Origin: an uncultured Atopostipes sp.
GTDB lineage: Bacteria > Bacillota > Bacilli > Lactobacillales > Carnobacteriaceae_A
Length of the DNA stretch: 64,000 nucleotides
Direction of reading: 5' to 3'
Assembly: GCA_910588235.1 (NCBI GenBank)
Contig: CAJUOQ010000008.1
Location: 476 to 64,475 of the forward strand
Part shown: piece by piece, positions 60,884 through 64,000 of the stretch
How the letters are laid out: each line of letters starts with the position of its first letter
How positions within the stretch are numbered: position 1 is the stretch's first letter
The notes under the pieces: generated by a model
What the model saw: the letters and a program-made list of their open reading frames with translations, nothing else
The model's database searches: none
Told to the model about the DNA's origin: nothing
Made by a program: the position numbers and the translations under genes

Positions 60884-61441
60884 TTAACGAATTGTTTTCA
60901 TTGCTTTGGCCCATAGGACTGTTTGATCAAGTGTGTTTTCAATAGATTCATTATGGTATTCACCCGGTTTGAATTCAGACATGTTTTCGAAGTCTGTAAA
61001 TATGCTTAGAGCACCAGAAGGCGAAACAACAGCAATACCTACGTTTGTTAACATTTGACGGAGAGCTAGCGTCGCAGAAACACCTAATGTAGAACCATAA
61101 GAGACTGATCCGGCAGCTTTATTTGCCCATTCTGGACCAAGGTGATCGATCGCATTTGCTAGAGAAGGTGAGATATTTCTGTTGTATTCTGGTGTCACAA
61201 AAATATAACCGTCTAGTTCGTCAATCTTTTTCGACCATGCTTGTACGTTTTCATCTTCATATTGTTTATTTAACATAATAGGTGGAACACCGTTAAATTC
61301 TTCAAAATCATAATCTTTAATATCAATTAATTCAAATTCTGCGTCAGATCTATCTTCTGTAAAAGACATGACCCAATCAGCAACTTGCGTGCTGACACGA
61401 CCATCACGAGTACTACCAATAATAACACCAATTTTAACCAT
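60884..61441 (-). CDS. NADPH-dependent FMN reductase family protein
   Basis: The likely start is the Met at 61441 (MVKIGVIIGSTRDGR..) behind ggagga; the track start at 61489 adds 16 unlikely residues. The TPEYN motif is present. Confidence 0.85.
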   Translation of the reverse strand: MVKIGVIIGSTRDGRVSTQVADWVMSFTEDRSDAEFELIDIKDYDFEEFNGVPPIMLNKQYEDENVQAWSKKIDELDGYIFVTPEYNRNISPSLANAIDHLGPEWANKAAGSVSYGSTLGVSATLALRQMLTNVGIAVVSPSGALSIFTDFENMSEFKPGEYHNESIENTLDQTVLWAKAMKTIR

Positions 61442-61546
61442 AAAATGTATTTCCTCCAATAAATAATTTAAGTAGGTGACATAAATCACACTCTCTTCAT
61501 ATTATCTTGAATCCGAGGCGAAGGCAAGAAAAGAAGATTCAAAAAG

Positions 61547-61584
61547 AAAAACTTTACGATCTCTGAGAATCGTAAAGTTTTTTA
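61547..61584 (-). terminator. Intrinsic terminator of the RGG-domain protein gene
   Basis: 12-13-bp stem aaactttacgat / atcgtaaagttt with an 8-nt loop and T-runs on both strands. Confidence 0.8.
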
Positions 61585-61595
61585 GCGACTAAAAA

Positions 61596-62654
61596 TTAAA
61601 AGTCCTCTAAATCTTCTTCTTTTGATGAGTTGTTTGCATCGTCGTTTCCGGTTTTTTTCTCTTCATCTGGTTTATTTAAGGCACTGCGCCACCAGTTGAA
61701 TAGAAGGTAAATAATAACAGCTGCTCCAATAACGATTAATACTGGAATCCAAGGACTTCTTGTAACAGTCATAATGCGATCAGCCGTATCCTTAAATGCT
61801 TCAGAGAAAAAAGCTTCCTCACTAATATCTCGAGTGTAGTGGTAATCTAAGTAATCGTATAAAATATTTTCTACTTCTGTATCCATCAACACTTTTGCTT
61901 GTGAACCAGTCACTAAATGGTAAGAAAATTCATAGTCATAAAAATCATAATTTTCAAAATGAACCAATAAGAGATGGGCTTCATCTGTGAAAAGTTCATC
62001 ATATAAATTATTTGCAAAAGCATCAATTTCATCAGGGGTTGGATTTGGATCACCATCAACATTATCTGTAATGTACACAAAAGGCTGAATATTTGTTTCA
62101 TCGTAGAAATATTTGAGTCCATCTTCTAGTTCAATCGGCTCTCGAATCCATTCGAGTTCATCTTCATAATAAGCCGTTTCATTTACCAAGCCTTCTTCAA
62201 TCGGCTCTCTTTCTCTCGATGATTGGTTGACTTGGACTGTTTCGACTGCCGTATTATTATTTGTTCCTGGCACAAGGGTCCAAGCAAAGTTAAAGATAAA
62301 TAAAATAATAATCATGAAGACAAGACCTGGTAAACAGCCGCCGCAACCCATGCAACCGCCACAACCTCCACGGCCATAACGTCTACGACCAAAGCCTCCA
62401 TAGCCACCGTAGCCGCCAAAGAAGGGTCTAGGCCCCCAAAAGCCACCTGTTCGTCTATAACCGCCGGAGTTGCCACCGGGTCTACTTCCTCTACCGCCTA
62501 TGTTTCTTCCGCCACGTCCGCGAGATCCGCCGCCACCTAAACGACGTCCACCGCCACGGCTTCCACCAAATGAGCGTCCGCCTCCGCGACCGCCACCAAA
62601 ACCGCCGCCACCGAAGCCTCCGCCGCCTCCACGGCCGCCACCGCCTCTAGCCAT
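61596..62654 (-). CDS. Two-pass membrane protein with an N-terminal RGG/Gly-Arg low-complexity domain, a CxxCxxCxxC motif and an acidic middle domain
   Basis: 352 aa with SD agaggag 8 nt upstream. Residues 1-97 are almost entirely G/R/F/S/Y (19 Arg, no Asp/Glu). CGGCMGCGGC spans residues 98-107, followed by TM1, a ~190-aa acidic domain, TM2 and an acidic tail. Confidence 0.75.
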   Translation of the reverse strand: MARGGGGRGGGGGFGGGGFGGGRGGGRSFGGSRGGGRRLGGGGSRGRGGRNIGGRGSRPGGNSGGYRRTGGFWGPRPFFGGYGGYGGFGRRRYGRGGCGGCMGCGGCLPGLVFMIIILFIFNFAWTLVPGTNNNTAVETVQVNQSSREREPIEEGLVNETAYYEDELEWIREPIELEDGLKYFYDETNIQPFVYITDNVDGDPNPTPDEIDAFANNLYDELFTDEAHLLLVHFENYDFYDYEFSYHLVTGSQAKVLMDTEVENILYDYLDYHYTRDISEEAFFSEAFKDTADRIMTVTRSPWIPVLIVIGAAVIIYLLFNWWRSALNKPDEEKKTGNDDANNSSKEEDLEDF

Positions 62655-62805
62655 ATCATCACTCCTCTTATAAAATATGCAATTTTATTTTACCACAAGT
62701 ATTTGTAAAACATAAAAAAATACAACAATTTATTAAAAACCCTACTTTAGGCGGAGTTGTTGTGAAATTTAATTTAATGAAAATATTAAAAATAATGTAA
62801 AGCGC

Positions 62806-62834
62806 TTGCATTTCTAGCGTAATACATATATAGT
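62806..62834 (+). promoter_or_regulatory. Promoter for the PTS EIIBC gene
   Basis: TTGCAT, 17-nt spacer, TATAGT. The -35 overlaps the palindrome tgtaaagcgcttgca (62796-62810). Confidence 0.6.
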
Positions 62835-62852
62835 TAAAAAGAAAAAGAGGAG

Positions 62853-62866
62853 CTTGTATAGACAAG
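62853..62866 (+). promoter_or_regulatory. GntR/HutC-type operator-like palindrome (TreR-like)
   Basis: cttGTaTAgACaag matches the HutC-subfamily core GT-n-TA-n-AC. It lies about 20 nt downstream of the -10 element. Confidence 0.4.
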
Positions 62867-62909
62867 TGTTTGTGAAAGCATACAAGTTCAAAAATAAGGA
62901 GGAAAAAGA

Positions 62910-64000
62910 ATGGCTGATTTTACAGAAGATGCCAAAAAACTCTTGGAAGATATTGGTGGAAAAGAAAATATCAAAGCGGCTACCCATTGTGTCACTCGTA
63001 TGCGTTTTGTTTTAAATGATGAAAGTAAAGCCGATGTGGATGCTATCGAAGATATTCCATCTGTTAAAGGAACCTTCACTCAATCCGGACAATTTCAAGT
63101 AATTATTGGGAACCAAGTGGCGGACTTTTATAATGAATTTTCTAAAGTGTCTGGTATTGAAGGGGTTTCGAAGGATGATGCAAAAGAAGCAGCAAAATCA
63201 AATCAAAACTGGTTCCAAAGAGCCTCTTCCGTTATGGCGGAGATCTTTAGTCCTTTGATTCCAGCAATTGTTGTTGGTGGTTTGATTTTAGGATTTCGTA
63301 ATATTTTAGAAGGGGTCGAATTTGGTGAATGGGGCTTAATTGTGGATAATTCTCAATTTTGGGCTGGAGTCAATGATTTCTTATGGCTCATTGCGGAAGC
63401 TATTTTCCATTTCTTACCTGTGGGAATTACTTGGTCCGTGACTCGTAAGTTGGGAACCACTCAGATTTTAGGAATTGTTTTAGGGATTACATTAGTTTCC
63501 CCTCAATTATTAAATGCTTATGGTGTAGCAGAGACGGCAGCGGCAGATATTCCCCAATGGGACTTTGGTCTCTTTCAAATTGATATGATTGGGTATCAAG
63601 CACAAGTGATTCCGGCAATTTTGGCAGCGCTTGTATTGGCTTATTTAGAGAAGTTTTTCCGAAGAATTATTCCGGAATCCATCTCGATGATTTTTGTGCC
63701 TTTATTCGCTTTATTGCCAACAGTGATTATTGCTCACGTCGTGTTAGGACCGATTGGTTGGCAGTTGGGACAATGGATCTCGCAAGGTGTAATGGCGGGG
63801 TTATCTAGTAGCTTTAACTGGTTGTTTGGTGCTTTGTTTGGAACACTGTATGCACCGCTGGTTATTACAGGTTTACATCACATGACAAACGCGATCGATT
63901 TACAACTTGTAGCCGATTATGGTGGAACCATCTTATGGCCAATGATTGCACTTTCGAATATTGCTCAAGGTTCAGCAGTCCTTGCTATTTGGTGGATGCA
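62910..64000 (+). CDS. PTS glucose-superfamily EIIBC component (trehalose/sucrose-type), 3' end cut by the window
   Basis: Not in the track because there is no stop within the window. ATG follows aaggagg. The EIIB phospho-Cys motif is ..AATHCVTRMRF.., followed by a polytopic EIIC with ..ITGLHHM.. Confidence 0.88.
   Translation, partial: MADFTEDAKKLLEDIGGKENIKAATHCVTRMRFVLNDESKADVDAIEDIPSVKGTFTQSGQFQVIIGNQVADFYNEFSKVSGIEGVSKDDAKEAAKSNQNWFQRASSVMAEIFSPLIPAIVVGGLILGFRNILEGVEFGEWGLIVDNSQFWAGVNDFLWLIAEAIFHFLPVGITWSVTRKLGTTQILGIVLGITLVSPQLLNAYGVAETAAADIPQWDFGLFQIDMIGYQAQVIPAILAALVLAYLEKFFRRIIPESISMIFVPLFALLPTVIIAHVVLGPIGWQLGQWISQGVMAGLSSSFNWLFGALFGTLYAPLVITGLHHMTNAIDLQLVADYGGTILWPMIALSNIAQGSAVLAIWWM

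Noticed and set aside
62470-62673. A 67-aa proline-rich plus-strand ORF (PPPRPPPKPPPP..)
   Set aside because: It is the exact antisense image of the Gly/Arg codon repeats (GGN read as NCC) of the minus-strand gene. It has no SD or promoter, whereas the minus-strand ORF continues into TM helices and a full domain.
62796-62810. A canonical CcpA cre site
   Set aside because: tgtaaagcgcttgca is 15 nt, with an extra A relative to the 14-nt cre consensus TGWAANCGNTNWCA. The central CG cannot be aligned with both halves at once. It is kept only as an operator-like palindrome.
46900-64000. The accessory-looking right-hand part of the window as a mobile element, prophage or defence island
   Set aside because: There is no integrase, transposase, recombinase, tRNA attachment site, flanking inverted or direct repeats, toxin-antitoxin pair or nuclease/helicase-type defence gene. 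The content is metabolic and redox genes, each with its own promoter and terminator.

Overview
This is a low-GC Firmicute chromosome segment. Its gene order looks Lactobacillales-like: adk-infA with no map gene, and no L7Ae-type gene between rpoC and rpsL. About 47 kb is the core transcription/translation supercluster. In order it holds: uvrC (5' end cut by the window), a tubby-like protein, a Cof-type HAD hydrolase and ung; then rpmG-secE-nusG-rplKA-rplJL; two tandem SEDS (FtsW/RodA) genes, an NCS2 uracil/xanthine-type permease, a YbxB-like methyltransferase and a convergent AbgT transporter; then rpoBC, rpsL-rpsG-fusA-tuf, the complete S10-spc-alpha operons through rplQ, and ecfA1-ecfA2-ecfT-truA-rplM-rpsI. 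Three small genes missing from the ORF track were recovered by eye: rpmG, secE and rpmJ. Several track ORFs needed start-codon correction. From about 46.9 kb the content turns accessory and metabolic. It contains a frameshifted methyltransferase, a 7-copy 41-bp tandem repeat, a UPF0316 protein and an M20 peptidase. It also contains a membrane-protein/ilvE operon divergent from an Fe-ADH gene, each preceded by a mini-ORF rich in Leu/Ile/Val codons plus alternative hairpins and a terminator. Further on are a glutathionyl-hydroquinone-reductase-like GST with a DsbA/FrnE-like protein, a 5'-nucleotidase, a NOX-like flavocytochrome, a GNAT, a duplicated PhnB/VOC protein and an FMN reductase. The last two genes are a two-pass membrane protein with a ~100-aa RGG/glycine-arginine N-terminus and a 3'-truncated PTS EIIBC. 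I saw no tRNA, rRNA, CRISPR, transposase, integrase or recognisable defence genes. The most interesting items are the RGG-domain membrane protein, the paired leader-peptide attenuators around 52.1-52.7 kb, and the phased 41-bp repeat array. All calls come from reading translations and sequence by eye; no database search was run.
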